Shown piece by piece: positions 1 to 9,421 of a DNA stretch of 47,013 bases (within the stretch, counting starts at the first letter, position 1; each line of letters opens with the position of its first letter). Under the pieces are notes generated by a model. It saw only the letters and a list, made by a program, of their open reading frames with translations, was not told where the DNA came from and did no database searches. Made by a program: the position numbers and the translations under genes. Origin of the DNA: Candidatus Sumerlaeia bacterium (lineage in GTDB: Bacteria > Sumerlaeota > Sumerlaeia > SLMS01 > JAHLLQ01); the NCBI GenBank assembly GCA_028284075.1, contig JANQSL010000192.1:1-47013 (forward strand), in the 5' to 3' direction.

Positions 1-165
1 GCGCTTGCACTTGCGGATTTCAAGGGCATTCACGACCTTGGCATTTTGTGCATCATCGGTGTCGGACTGACTTTGATCTCAGCCGTTCTGGTTCTTCCGG
101 CGCTGATGCGACTGACCCAGGTGCGAGTTGTTCAGACAGGAGGTCACGGCGATGACCTCGGGTGA
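1..165 (+). CDS. 3' end (partial) of an MMPL/RND-superfamily membrane transporter (C-terminal TM helix ...LADFKGIHDLGILCIIGVGLTLISAVLVLPALMRL)
   Basis: Frame 1 is open from the window edge to TGA at 163-165; the hydrophobic C-terminal helix pattern is typical of MMPL/HpnN-like RND exporters. Family call is by pattern recall only. Confidence 0.4.
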   Translation, partial: ALALADFKGIHDLGILCIIGVGLTLISAVLVLPALMRLTQVRVVQTGGHGDDLG

Positions 166-168
166 GCT

Positions 169-1095
169 TCAGTTTTCCGGCGACTCGGCGACGGAGAGAG
201 CGAACGCAAGAATGAAGGCGTTGTGGCGCATGCGATCCAGGTAATGGTCCCGCGTCAATGCACCGGTTTCAAAGGTGTCCAGCGAGACAACTCGAAGTCC
301 CAGTTCCGCGGCTTCCTCGGCAAGAAGAGGGTTCCGGCTTCGACCGTTGGTTACAACAACTCTCAGTGCGACACGCTCCGATTCCCGGGCAAGAGCATCG
401 CGGAACTCCTGATTATCGTCTGTTCGCGCCGGATCATCTTCAACGAAGCGAGGTTCAAGACCTGTGGCGTCGAACCACGGTTTCATGTCGCGCCGGGTAC
501 AAATCAACATCCTGCCCTGCCAGGGGCTGAGGTCGCGCTTCAGCTTCTCAGCCAGGACATCGAGTTCTTCCAGCAGTTCTTCCTCGTTTGATTTGATCCG
601 ATCTGTAAATTCGGGATACTGTGAATGGAGTTGGCTGGAGAGCAGGCTCACTGCGGCGGCGGATTCAGCGGGATTCAGCCAGACGAGCTCTTCCAGTTCC
701 TCGTCAGATACTTTGATAACCGCTTTCCCGTTTTTCCCCTCAAAGCGTTCAAACGCCTCCACCGCTCTTTCGTCGCGCACACCATCGGACGCCACCAGAC
801 AGGAGGCCCCGGGTATGGGATTGTTTGCAGGGAGATTTTTAGCCTTCAGCGCGTCGTCGATTTCACGTGTCAGAAGCAGGCGCGGTTCATCGACTCCATC
901 GAGGAGAGAAGCTGTCCAGCTTTGGAGAGCTGCGTTTGTTGTGACAACAGAGGGTTGAGTCTCGACCAGGGGCACTCCCCGTTCCCGGGAACATCCACCG
1001 GCGAGGAGGGTGAGGAGGATTGACAGGCAAAGAAAAGCGGCCGGCTGCCAGGGAAGTCGTCGGAGAAGGCAGTGCCGGCCGGAAATCACAAACAA
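169..1095 (-). CDS. ZnuA/TroA-fold (cluster A-I) periplasmic solute-binding lipoprotein, with the canonical metal-coordinating His residues substituted
   Basis: Lipoprotein signal ...LLTLLAGGC|S; the mature protein aligns by eye with ZnuA blocks (VVTTNAALQSW ~ VVTTFSILGDW; VWLNP ~ HVWLDP; KPWFDATG ~ HDAFGYF). The ORF-track start at 1257 overlaps rpmG; the likely start is TTG 1095 or GTG 1089, just after the rpmG stop. Confidence 0.6.
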   Translation of the reverse strand: MFVISGRHCLLRRLPWQPAAFLCLSILLTLLAGGCSRERGVPLVETQPSVVTTNAALQSWTASLLDGVDEPRLLLTREIDDALKAKNLPANNPIPGASCLVASDGVRDERAVEAFERFEGKNGKAVIKVSDEELEELVWLNPAESAAAVSLLSSQLHSQYPEFTDRIKSNEEELLEELDVLAEKLKRDLSPWQGRMLICTRRDMKPWFDATGLEPRFVEDDPARTDDNQEFRDALARESERVALRVVVTNGRSRNPLLAEEAAELGLRVVSLDTFETGALTRDHYLDRMRHNAFILAFALSVAESPEN

Positions 1096-1108
1096 TGCTG
1101 GAGAGCGA

Positions 1109-1291
1109 TTACTTGATTTCGCGGTGGATCGTGTGGCGCCGGAGGAACTTGTTGTACTTCTTGAGTTCCAGACGCTGCGGAGAATTCTTTCGATTTTTAA
1201 CCGAGACATAACGGGAAACGCCCGGCACGTCGGATTCGCGGCTTTCGGTGCACTCAAGGATCACCTGCACGCGGTTGCCCTTCTTGGCCAT
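1109..1291 (-). CDS. rpmG: 50S ribosomal protein L33, single-Cys (C-, zinc-independent type)
   Basis: 60-aa [16 protein letters not shown]...[21 protein letters not shown] matches the L33 family; ATG at 1289-1291; only one Cys, so no CxxC...CxxC zinc ribbon. Confidence 0.9.
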   Translation of the reverse strand: MAKKGNRVQVILECTESRESDVPGVSRYVSVKNRKNSPQRLELKKYNKFLRRHTIHREIK

Positions 1292-1310
1292 TGGTCTTCT
1301 TCCTGCGCTG

Positions 1311-1325
1311 GACACGTACTGTGTC
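1311..1325. promoter_or_regulatory. Imperfect inverted repeat GACACGTACTGTGTC 15-30 nt upstream of the rpmG start; candidate operator
   Basis: Arms GACAC/GTGTC seen directly. Function is not demonstrated; it does not resemble the proteobacterial Zur-box consensus. Confidence 0.2.
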
Positions 1326-1562
1326 GGGAAATTCGCGGATGAGCCTCCGCGGGAGCGCCGGAGTAAAGTGATGGAACCCTGCCCGATCAAGGGAAATCTG
1401 GCTTCCGTTCCCGCACCACACCCGGCCGGGGAAGCCGACATTGACCGTTGAGAGTACACGTGTTGGATCGTGTTGAAGAACTTCGGAAGGGATGGCTGCC
1501 GAGAGGCGCTTTCGCCTTTGCTCCCGCGGCAAAATGAGAGTCCCGTGGTCTGGAATCGTCCG

Positions 1563-3623
1563 ATGCCACCAACTCGCCCCACTGTTTCCTCTCCCGGTTC
1601 GCGTGCCGGCCTCCTCGTTGGGGGGGTGGTCGGTCTGCTGTTTGTTGCGGCGCTCCTGGTGACGGATTCCGGCATCCGCATTGGTGTGGTTCAGCCGGAT
1701 GCTTTGATCTACTCGCGATATGCGCTACAGGCTGCTGAGGGGATGCCGTACAGCTTTAACCCGGGGGATCCCGCCACAACCGCTGCCACAAGTCACCTCT
1801 GGCTTTGGCTGATGACCATTCCGGCATTCATTGGTGGGGGTGTTTCCGCGATCGCCGCCTGGGGAACGCTTCTCGGGTTTGGAGCATGGCTTGTGACGAT
1901 CCGGCTGGCGGGACGCATCGCAGGTGTTATCAGTCCCGGGACTGAGGATCTTGCGGCCCTCTTTGTGGCGATGGCGGGACAGACGGCCATGATGGCGTTT
2001 TCCCAGGTGGATATTGCCATCTATATCCCGGCGGTTCTTGCGGCGATTCTGGCGGCTCTTGAGAAAAGGGACCGTCTCCTGACAGTCCTGCTTGGACTCC
2101 TGCCCTGGATTCGTCCCGAAGGAGTTCTCTTTGCCGTCCTGCTCGGTTTGGTGTGTCTTGCCAGGTGCCGATCCGGGGAGAATCATCGGGCCTTTCTTTT
2201 CGCCTCGGTGCTTGGGATTGGGTCCTTCGGGCTGCTGCTGCTGTTCAACCTGATACTGACGGGTTCACCGGGATTCAGTTCGATGGAATCCCGTCGTCTT
2301 CTGGCAGACCGTCCTCTCTGGGCAGTCGCGGGGACTGTGGCGTTGGGAATGAGTGAGACGGTTCAAAACGTGATTCTCGGGATTCCCTCCACCCGGCTCC
2401 ACACGGTGTTTCCGGTGGTGACGTTTGTGCTCGCGATGACCGGGCTTTGTTTTGTTGTCCGGGCGCGGAAGGATTCCGGTTCGGTTCTGCTGTGGGCCGG
2501 TTTGTGCGTTGTGGCAACGATTGCGATTGGTGCGGCAGGCGGTTATCATGATTCAGGCTGGTTTCGTCTCAGCAGTTGGATGACACCACTTCTTCTCGTT
2601 TTCGCTGTCGCGGGTCTCTGCCTTGTTGCGGAGCGCTGGGAGTTGCCTCGTTCCGGTCTCTTCATTGTTGTCGGAGTAATGCTGGGTTATCAGGCACTCG
2701 GTTTGGTGGCATACGGGTCATCCGTGCGAGATTCCGTTCGCGTTGTTGAAGGACGTCTTTCCTTTGTGAAGGGTCTGGCGGAGCGGATTGAAGAAGGCGA
2801 AAGGATCGCTTCGCCGGGCAATGCGGGCTATGTCGCGGTTCTGCCCGGGCGTGCGGTTGTTAATCCGGCGGGCTTTGCATCACCGCGATTTCACACGAAT
2901 GGTGAGCTGGCTGCGGCAATCGAGGTTTTGAAGCACGAACCGGAAGCACGTTTTGAATGGTGGCTTGTTGAGCCGGGAGATCTGGCTTCGGAGTATATTG
3001 CACCGCTGGCGGGGGCGGTTGTTTCCGATCAGTTTCCGGTGTTTTCTCTGGCGGCAACGATGCAACTCGCACGGGCCGACATGTCACTCGTCAATATCCC
3101 GAATACCCCGCTGGATTCACAGGTTCAAAAAGCTGTCGAGGGGCTGACAAGAATAGGCAGCCTGGATGTTGGATATCTGAAGGACGAGAGAGAGAAAGGC
3201 TACCGCATTGTCAGCCGGTATCCTGAGTCGCGTTCGGAAGCGTTTGTGGTGAAAGGCCGTCCTGGCGAAACGGAGTTGCTGGAGTCGGGCAGGCTGGTGA
3301 GCGGTTACGAGAAGTTGAACCTCAGGATCGACCCGAACAAGGACCTGGTGGTGGTGCTTCGGCTTGCGACAGAAGCTTCCGTGCGTGTGTTCGCAAATCA
3401 CTCAGCGGCGAGAACTTCCACTCCGTTTGCGTTTGAATTGCCAATGATCCTGCCGGTTCTCGTCAATGAGCGCCGTGTGGGAGAAATTCGCGTTGAAGGT
3501 GCCGTGAATCGCCCACTGTTCGAGGTGGTGCATTCGATTCCGGCCGATCAACTGAGCGAATCGGAAATTCAGCTGATGATTGGTGGCGATCATCTCAGCA
3601 CCGCGATGTGGTTTTTCCAGTAG
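1563..3623 (+). CDS. Large polytopic membrane protein (about 10 or more TM helices) with a roughly 300-aa C-terminal soluble domain; possible GT-C-like glycosyltransferase or unknown
   Basis: Long ORF with many hydrophobic segments followed by a hydrophilic C-terminal domain. The start is uncertain (the ORF opens at 1470; an ATG at 1563 precedes the first TM). No recognisable catalytic motif. Confidence 0.5.
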   Translation: MPPTRPTVSSPGSRAGLLVGGVVGLLFVAALLVTDSGIRIGVVQPDALIYSRYALQAAEGMPYSFNPGDPATTAATSHLWLWLMTIPAFIGGGVSAIAAWGTLLGFGAWLVTIRLAGRIAGVISPGTEDLAALFVAMAGQTAMMAFSQVDIAIYIPAVLAAILAALEKRDRLLTVLLGLLPWIRPEGVLFAVLLGLVCLARCRSGENHRAFLFASVLGIGSFGLLLLFNLILTGSPGFSSMESRRLLADRPLWAVAGTVALGMSETVQNVILGIPSTRLHTVFPVVTFVLAMTGLCFVVRARKDSGSVLLWAGLCVVATIAIGAAGGYHDSGWFRLSSWMTPLLLVFAVAGLCLVAERWELPRSGLFIVVGVMLGYQALGLVAYGSSVRDSVRVVEGRLSFVKGLAERIEEGERIASPGNAGYVAVLPGRAVVNPAGFASPRFHTNGELAAAIEVLKHEPEARFEWWLVEPGDLASEYIAPLAGAVVSDQFPVFSLAATMQLARADMSLVNIPNTPLDSQVQKAVEGLTRIGSLDVGYLKDEREKGYRIVSRYPESRSEAFVVKGRPGETELLESGRLVSGYEKLNLRIDPNKDLVVVLRLATEASVRVFANHSAARTSTPFAFELPMILPVLVNERRVGEIRVEGAVNRPLFEVVHSIPADQLSESEIQLMIGGDHLSTAMWFFQ

Positions 3624-3629
3624 CCGGAC

Positions 3630-4478
3630 TTAATCAAGTCCCCGCGCGGCAAGCTCCTCTTCGTCGAGACCAAGGAAGTGTCCGATTTCATGGCGGAGTG
3701 TGATATCCAGTTCTTCCATGAGTTTTTTTTCATCGGATGCGGCCAGAGCGATGTTTTCCGAGAAGATGAGTATCCGGGTCACATCGGTTTCCACTCCAAA
3801 GGCACTCTGTTCCGGCAGTGGGACTCCGTCGAACAATCCCATCGCGAGAGGATCGATGGGTGGATTGGAACTGTGAATGATCTCATCCGGCATCTGATCT
3901 TCAAGAATGATCGCCACGTTGCTGAGTGATTCACGGACGTCGGGAGGCAGTTCGTTGAAGATGTTGTTGAGTATTTTCTCGATTGCTTCGGGTTCGAGAA
4001 ACTTCGGTTTGAGCCAGCGGGCGGGCTCGCGTTCGTTGGCGCGTGCAAAGAAGATATCCGCAAGCTCGTGTTTGCGATCACGAAGGGCCAGCAGACCCAG
4101 ATAATACCATGCTTCGGCGATTTCCGGGTCTTCCACCGTGACCAGTTCGAAGCACTGTGCGGCGGAGACGAATCGCCCGAGATGGAAAAGAGAAACTCCC
4201 ATGGCAACGGCGGAATCAAGCCGTTCCGGGTCGGATTCGGATGCCTGGCGGTAGTAGCGCAGGGCTGATTCCAGATCACCATCCTCCCAGCAGGCATGGC
4301 CGGCGATCATCAGAAAATCCGATGGAGCGTACTTGCAGTCCTCATCGAAGTTGTAATCCAGAAGTTCCAGTGCCGTCTGGCATTTTTTGATGGCCTCTTC
4401 CGCCAGTCCCTCGCTCGAAGCCGCTTCGGCGCTGTTGTGAAGTTGTTCCAGCCGTTCGTTCAGTTCGTTTGAATCCAT
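3630..4478 (-). CDS. TPR-repeat protein fused to a C-terminal minimal zincin-like metallopeptidase domain (HEIGH motif)
   Basis: The N-terminal half has TPR-like AxxAxxYYxxA periodicity (ALRYYRQASESDP, AWYYLGLLAL). The C-terminus has LRHEIGHFLGLDEEE, the HExxH zincin signature of small 'metallopeptidase family' proteins. Start chosen at ATG 4476-4478 (MDSNELNERL). Confidence 0.6.
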   Translation of the reverse strand: MDSNELNERLEQLHNSAEAASSEGLAEEAIKKCQTALELLDYNFDEDCKYAPSDFLMIAGHACWEDGDLESALRYYRQASESDPERLDSAVAMGVSLFHLGRFVSAAQCFELVTVEDPEIAEAWYYLGLLALRDRKHELADIFFARANEREPARWLKPKFLEPEAIEKILNNIFNELPPDVRESLSNVAIILEDQMPDEIIHSSNPPIDPLAMGLFDGVPLPEQSAFGVETDVTRILIFSENIALAASDEKKLMEELDITLRHEIGHFLGLDEEELAARGLD

Positions 4479-4486
4479 ATGGACTG

Positions 4487-5692
4487 CTATTCCATCGTGC
4501 CGGAGTGATTGAGATCGACGCGGCAATGCTTGTTCTGGCAGGCTTTGGGAATGTGATTGTTCAGAAAATCACGGCGCATTCCCACCGCGCCTTCGCCGTT
4601 CCAGACTTCATCGAAACTCAGTTTGTTAAGATTGCCAAAGGATATTCCCGTCCAACAGCAGGGTCTGCAGTCGCCGTCCGTATCAATCAGCGCAAAGTAC
4701 CAGGGGTAATGGCACTTCTCCATAAGTGTTTGTCCCTTTGTCGAGACTGTGGCCATTGGATCGTCCGTCCGGCCATCGGTTGCCTGATCGAATTGCCGGC
4801 GTTCGGGAAGTGAGAGTCCTTTGGTCATGAGGTTTCGCAGGGCGATGTTGATATGCACTCTCACCGGTTTGCCTTCGGCCCGCTTCATTGTTTCGATCAC
4901 CATCTCACGTGCGAGCTCGATGTGGTTGCCGAGGAATTCATCCTCCAGTTCGGGATTCTCCATCTCCATCAACTGAACGCTATACACTTCGAAACCGTGG
5001 CGGACGGCAAAGTCCACCAGGCTCGGCATCTGGCGCACGTTTCTCTCCATGAAGGTCGATGCAAGGGTCATGGTCGGGCGTGGTTTGCCGAGTTTGCGTT
5101 TCCACTTGTTGATGGACTGCAGGGCGTTTTCGACTTTATGGAGTTCTCCCCGAACGCGCATTGAGGCGTAGACGTCGGGATCGTCTGAATCGACGCTGAC
5201 GAAGATATGGTTCATGCCGCCGTCGACAAGCATCTCGGCCCGTTCGTCGGTGATGAGGTTGGCGTTGGAAGTCATTGCCAGGTTGTGACTGCCAAGCTGA
5301 CCGTGACGCTCAAGAACACGGCCGAACTTGCTGTAAAGAAGCGGCTCGCCCAGGGGCGTGAGTGTGATGGTTTCCGGATAAGGCATGAGCTCCATCACGG
5401 TGTCGAAAACGCGGTCGCTGATTTCCAGTTCGCGGGGCGGTTTTGCTTTGAGTTCTTTCTGAGTGCTTTCAAGAGTCAGGCGGCAGAAGTTGCACTTGAG
5501 ATTGCAGGTCCAGTTTGTGCCGATCTGCATCAGGCGGGGTCTGGAGTTCAGTTCAACGCGTTTGTGCCAGTACTCGCGCCAGTTCAGCCGCGAGTTCGCA
5601 AGCTTGACGTCTTCGCCGGTTGCGCGACGGAGATCAGATTCAAGTCTGGCGCGTTTCACGGCGCGGACAGCTTCGCGAAGAACTGATGTCAT
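4487..5692 (-). CDS. Radical SAM enzyme with a Cys-rich C-terminal auxiliary-cluster (SPASM/twitch-like) domain
   Basis: CNLKCNFC (Cx3Cx2C) radical-SAM cluster motif after LMQIGTNWT; C-terminal cysteines CHYPWYFALIDTDGDCRPCCW...CQNKHC. Start at ATG 5690-5692 is preceded by GGAAGGAAAA; the ORF-track start at 5809 would abut the HU stop. Confidence 0.75.
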   Translation of the reverse strand: MTSVLREAVRAVKRARLESDLRRATGEDVKLANSRLNWREYWHKRVELNSRPRLMQIGTNWTCNLKCNFCRLTLESTQKELKAKPPRELEISDRVFDTVMELMPYPETITLTPLGEPLLYSKFGRVLERHGQLGSHNLAMTSNANLITDERAEMLVDGGMNHIFVSVDSDDPDVYASMRVRGELHKVENALQSINKWKRKLGKPRPTMTLASTFMERNVRQMPSLVDFAVRHGFEVYSVQLMEMENPELEDEFLGNHIELAREMVIETMKRAEGKPVRVHINIALRNLMTKGLSLPERRQFDQATDGRTDDPMATVSTKGQTLMEKCHYPWYFALIDTDGDCRPCCWTGISFGNLNKLSFDEVWNGEGAVGMRRDFLNNHIPKACQNKHCRVDLNHSGTME

Positions 5693-5825
5693 ACGAGGTT
5701 TTCCTTCCGCCAACAAGGAAAGACGCTCATCACCTGGTCGCGCAAGAGAAGACGACAAGTCCTCCAATGACAACGGCTCCCGGCAGATGTGCCGGGAGCC
5801 GCTGATCAACTTGAGGAGATGGAAG

Positions 5826-6122
5826 TTAGAGAACTTCGTCCTTGGCCTGCTTGGCGAGGCGGAATTTGAGAGCCCTGCGGGCAGGTATCTTGATGGCTTC
5901 GCCGGTCTGCGGGTTGCGGCCCATGCGAGCCTTGCGCTTCACGACCACCAGCTTGCCAAGGCCGGGAAGGGTGATGCCCTTCTCTTTCTTGGCTTCCTTG
6001 TAGGCAATTGCCAGAAGTTCGTCCCAAACCAGAATAATATCCTTCTTGGTCAGACCGGTCTGGTCGGCCAGGTGGCTCATCAACTGGGATTTCGTCAGGG
6101 GCTTGTGCACTCTCTTGGCCAT
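5826..6122 (-). CDS. hup: HU/IHF-family histone-like DNA-binding protein
   Basis: GLGKLVVVKRKARMGRNPQTGEAIKIPAR carries the RNPQTGE arm signature of HU/IHF. ATG 6120-6122 is preceded by GAGGTG; the upstream in-frame extension to 6308 has no homology. Confidence 0.85.
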   Translation of the reverse strand: MAKRVHKPLTKSQLMSHLADQTGLTKKDIILVWDELLAIAYKEAKKEKGITLPGLGKLVVVKRKARMGRNPQTGEAIKIPARRALKFRLAKQAKDEVL

Positions 6123-6288
6123 CGGGAACACCTCGTCTGCGGGATGATTTCGCCGGTTTTTACCCGGCATATGGCTCGTGATTGAACCTTTCAAACGGTG
6201 AATGCCTGCTTTTTCCCCAGTAGAGTCAACGAAAAGCAGCAAGTTGTGAATAAAAAACCGTGATTTTTCGCACTTTTCATACTTCGAA

Positions 6289-6318
6289 GGGCCTAAAAGC
6301 CGCGTCACAGGCCCTTTT
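6289..6318 (-). terminator. GC-rich hairpin (GGGCCT-N14-AGGCCC) abutting the histidine-kinase stop codon; possible intrinsic or bidirectional terminator
   Basis: Perfect 6-bp stem seen directly. On the + strand it is followed by TTTT; on the - strand by TTCGAAGTATGAAAAG, a weak U-tract. Confidence 0.3.
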
Positions 6319-7547
6319 CAGGGTTCTTTCAGCGGTTCGGAATCGTTGAACTCGACTACTGACTGGCCCTCTGATTCCAGCAGGCGGACAGGTTTTTCCG
6401 CCAGCGGGAGGGCGATTCGAAACACCGTTCCACGGCCGGTTTCACTGTCCAGGCCGATGGCTCCCCGATGGGCCTTTATGATGCGAAAAACCACCATGAG
6501 ACCCAGGCCCGAGCCGTCGAATTTCGTTGTGTGGTATGGCTCGAAGATGCGGAGGCGGTCGCCTTCCGGAATGCCTGAGCCGTTGTCCTCGACTTCGACA
6601 AGGACCCCGTCCTGAAGCACCGCGGTGCGAAGAGCCACCCGTCCCTCCGGTTTATCGATGGCCTCCATCGCATTCCGGGCAAGGTTAAGAATGGCCTGTT
6701 TGATCTGTTCAGGGTCGAGTTCAAGCGGAGGAATGACCGGGTCGAGATCGATCTCAAGTTCGATCCTGCGGCGTTCACATTCCGGTTCGATCAGGCCTGC
6801 AACAGCGGAGACAATTTCGTTCAGGTCGCCACGCTGGAGAGTGAGTTTGGGTGGCTTGGCGGCCTTGATGAACTGATCCACGATGCGCGTCAGGCGGGCA
6901 ATTTCCTCCAGCAGGATTCCGGTGCTTTTTTCAAGACGACCGGCCTCCTCTTCCTCAACTCCCCGAGCCGCAAGGTCCACCGCCAGCCGTTGAATGAGTT
7001 GGGCATGAATGTTCAGGCTGTTAAGAGGGTTCTTGATTTCATGGGCGATTCCCGCAGTCAGTGTGGCGAGAGACTGTATGCTCTCGAACTGACGCTTTTC
7101 CTCAAGACGTTCATACTCCGCGGTCCGGTCGCCAATGATCCATACGCTGTGAGCGGGTTCCGCACTGTCGCTTTCAATCGGTACAACGGAGACCGTGTAG
7201 ACTTTCCGCTCCGGAAGACCCGCCCGGATTTCAACGTTGGATCTGGCTTCCGGATGATGGCGGTATTCTTCAGCAAGGTTTTTCAGTTCGCGGTCCTTGA
7301 GGATCTTTTTGAGGTCGGATCCGAGAACCTTGCGCGGATCGATGCCGAGGAGGGAGCGGCTGGATTCGTTTGCGAATGCCAGTTTCAGTTCGGCATCGAC
7401 GACGAGAATCGCCTCCTGAATTGAGTCAAAGACGGCTCGCTGGAAGTCTTTCTCTTTGACGAGTTGGGTCAGAAAGGACTCGATCTGGGGGGGATCGATC
7501 CTTTCCAGACGGGAAATGAATTTATTGGCAAAGTTGGATTGATCCAT
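6318..7547 (-). CDS. PAS-domain sensor histidine kinase (NtrB/AtoS-like); no cognate response regulator in the window
   Basis: H-box HEIKNPLNSL, N-box LARNAMEAI, G-boxes DNGSGIPEGDRLRIFEPYHTTK and GSGLGLMVV; N-terminal PAS-like region. ATG 7545-7547 has GGAG upstream. Confidence 0.8.
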   Translation of the reverse strand: MDQSNFANKFISRLERIDPPQIESFLTQLVKEKDFQRAVFDSIQEAILVVDAELKLAFANESSRSLLGIDPRKVLGSDLKKILKDRELKNLAEEYRHHPEARSNVEIRAGLPERKVYTVSVVPIESDSAEPAHSVWIIGDRTAEYERLEEKRQFESIQSLATLTAGIAHEIKNPLNSLNIHAQLIQRLAVDLAARGVEEEEAGRLEKSTGILLEEIARLTRIVDQFIKAAKPPKLTLQRGDLNEIVSAVAGLIEPECERRRIELEIDLDPVIPPLELDPEQIKQAILNLARNAMEAIDKPEGRVALRTAVLQDGVLVEVEDNGSGIPEGDRLRIFEPYHTTKFDGSGLGLMVVFRIIKAHRGAIGLDSETGRGTVFRIALPLAEKPVRLLESEGQSVVEFNDSEPLKEP

Positions 7548-7661
7548 GCTCGCAACTCCGACGGCCGGACCTGTTGGGTTCACTGAGTGGGCCGCCAACT
7601 CAACAAGAGAGTGGTCTTCCGGCGTTCACAGGGCAAGCGGCGCGGAGGCTTGGCGATTAAC

Positions 7662-8642
7662 ATGACACGTCACCTGAGCACACTTCTGATTCTCGCTTTT
7701 TTCCTGCTCATGATGAGTTTGCTCACGAAGGATCACATTCTGCCGATGCTCGAGTACGGCGATTCCGCGGTGGTCAGCGGAGCACAACTCGCGGAATCCT
7801 GGGGCGGTACGGACGAATGGATGACTCTCTCCTTCAATGGGAAGCAGATCGGCGGAATGCGTCAGGCTGTCACCAAACTGCCGGACGGCTTTGCCGCCAC
7901 CGGGAAGACTCTGATCCGCGCCGGTTTCGTGGGGGGCACTCTGGAAACCGCCGCCACCATGAATGAACGCCTGGAACTCCAGCAGGTGCGCCTCGTTCTG
8001 CGGCTGGGGAACGGGCAGGAGATCGAGCTCGCGGGAATGGTGGAACGCCTTACACTTTATCTGCGTCTGAAGAGCGGTACGGGTGTTCGATACACGCAAA
8101 TCCCCCTTCGACAGGTTCCCACTTTGAACATTTCCTCTGACGCGCTGTTTGCAGGGCGCATGATGCAGAAGGGTGAGTCTTATCTGATGGATGTTTACGA
8201 TCCTCTCTGGGGAATGCAGGCGGGAAAGATGCGTGTCTCGCTTGTGGGGACAGAGGAGATTGAAACGGAGCAGGGAGTCGTTGAGGTGAAGGTTGCGGAA
8301 GCGAAGATGCAGAATATCCGTATGAGAATCTGGCTGGACGATGTTGAAATGCCGCTTCGAAGGGAAGTTTCCTATTCACCCGGTACATCAAACGGTCAGG
8401 CAAGGCTTGAGCCGATGAAGCCTTCTTTTGTTCTTCGCATGGACAGGATGAGTGAAGCGGAAAAACGGACGCCGTTCTTCGAGACGTTGTACGTTGAACC
8501 TGAGCCTCCCGACCTTGCTCGCGATGAGCTTCGAGGCGAGAACGAGGGTGAACCTCTGGAAGCCTTCGGGCTGCTGCCGTTGTTGTTCAAGAGTCAGTTC
8601 GAATCACTTGCACGGAATACAAATTTCAAAGGCGACGAATGA
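7662..8642 (+). CDS. Membrane-anchored or secreted hypothetical protein; first gene of the ABC exporter operon
   Basis: ATG 7662 is preceded by GGAGG; N-terminal TM/signal segment LSTLLILAFFLLMMSLL; no recognisable domain; ends 4 nt inside the ABC ATPase start (ATGA overlap). Confidence 0.5.
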   Translation: MTRHLSTLLILAFFLLMMSLLTKDHILPMLEYGDSAVVSGAQLAESWGGTDEWMTLSFNGKQIGGMRQAVTKLPDGFAATGKTLIRAGFVGGTLETAATMNERLELQQVRLVLRLGNGQEIELAGMVERLTLYLRLKSGTGVRYTQIPLRQVPTLNISSDALFAGRMMQKGESYLMDVYDPLWGMQAGKMRVSLVGTEEIETEQGVVEVKVAEAKMQNIRMRIWLDDVEMPLRREVSYSPGTSNGQARLEPMKPSFVLRMDRMSEAEKRTPFFETLYVEPEPPDLARDELRGENEGEPLEAFGLLPLLFKSQFESLARNTNFKGDE

Positions 8643-9421
8643 TGCTGGAAATTTCCACGGTCTCCAAGGACTATGACGGTTTCAATGCGGTTGTCGATTT
8701 GGACCTCTCAATTCCGACGGGCGAGTTTTTTTGTTTTCTGGGACCCAATGGCGCCGGCAAGACCACAACAATCAAGATGATCACCGGTCTTCTAAAGCCC
8801 ACGTCGGGCAGTATTGTCATCGACGGACAGAATATTCAGGAGAATCCGATTCAGGCGAAGCGGCGTATCGGCTACATTCCGGACACCCCGTACTTGTATG
8901 AGAAGCTGTCGGGGCGCGAGTTTCTGAATTTCATCGGTGATTTGTATGAAATTCCCCGGAGTGAACAGGACGAGGCGCTGGAGCGTTATTTCTCGGTGTT
9001 CGGTCTTCTCGAAAATGCCGACAAGCTGATCGAGAACTATAGTCACGGCATGCGGCAGAAGTTATGCTTCGCGGTGGCATTCATGCATAAACCGAAGCTG
9101 CTGGTTATTGACGAGCCGATGGTGGGACTCGACCCGCGGTCGGCTCGCACACTGAAAAATCTCCTGCGGGAGTTCTGTGAAAACGGCGGAACGATCTTTC
9201 TTTCGACCCATCTTCTTTATATTGCTCAGGAGTTGGCGGACCGTCTGGGTATCGTCACTCACGGCCGAATGAAGTTTCTCGGGACAACCGAGGAGCTTGG
9301 CCGGCAGTTGTCCCGTGAGGCGAACCTGGAGGATTTGTTTCTGGAACTCACGGAAGACGGTTGCACGGAAGAGCCGGACCTTGTTGGAGGAATGCCCTCC
9401 CTCACGGCGGAGGCCTCATGA
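8639..9421 (+). CDS. ABC transporter ATP-binding protein (ABC-2/exporter type)
   Basis: Walker A GPNGAGKTT, Q-loop, signature-like YSHGMRQKL, Walker B LLVIDEPMVGLD, H-loop STHLL. Confidence 0.9.
   Translation: MMLEISTVSKDYDGFNAVVDLDLSIPTGEFFCFLGPNGAGKTTTIKMITGLLKPTSGSIVIDGQNIQENPIQAKRRIGYIPDTPYLYEKLSGREFLNFIGDLYEIPRSEQDEALERYFSVFGLLENADKLIENYSHGMRQKLCFAVAFMHKPKLLVIDEPMVGLDPRSARTLKNLLREFCENGGTIFLSTHLLYIAQELADRLGIVTHGRMKFLGTTEELGRQLSREANLEDLFLELTEDGCTEEPDLVGGMPSLTAEAS

Noticed and set aside
464-958. 164-aa + strand ORF with a poly-Ser run (SSSSSSSSS)
   Set aside because: Antisense to the ZnuA-fold lipoprotein gene, which has clear family resemblance; low-complexity translation of a GC-rich antisense frame.
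1109-1681. 190-aa ORF-track call on the minus strand
   Set aside because: Only the last 60 codons (L33) have homology; the upstream part is an in-frame read-through of the intergenic region from an alternative start.
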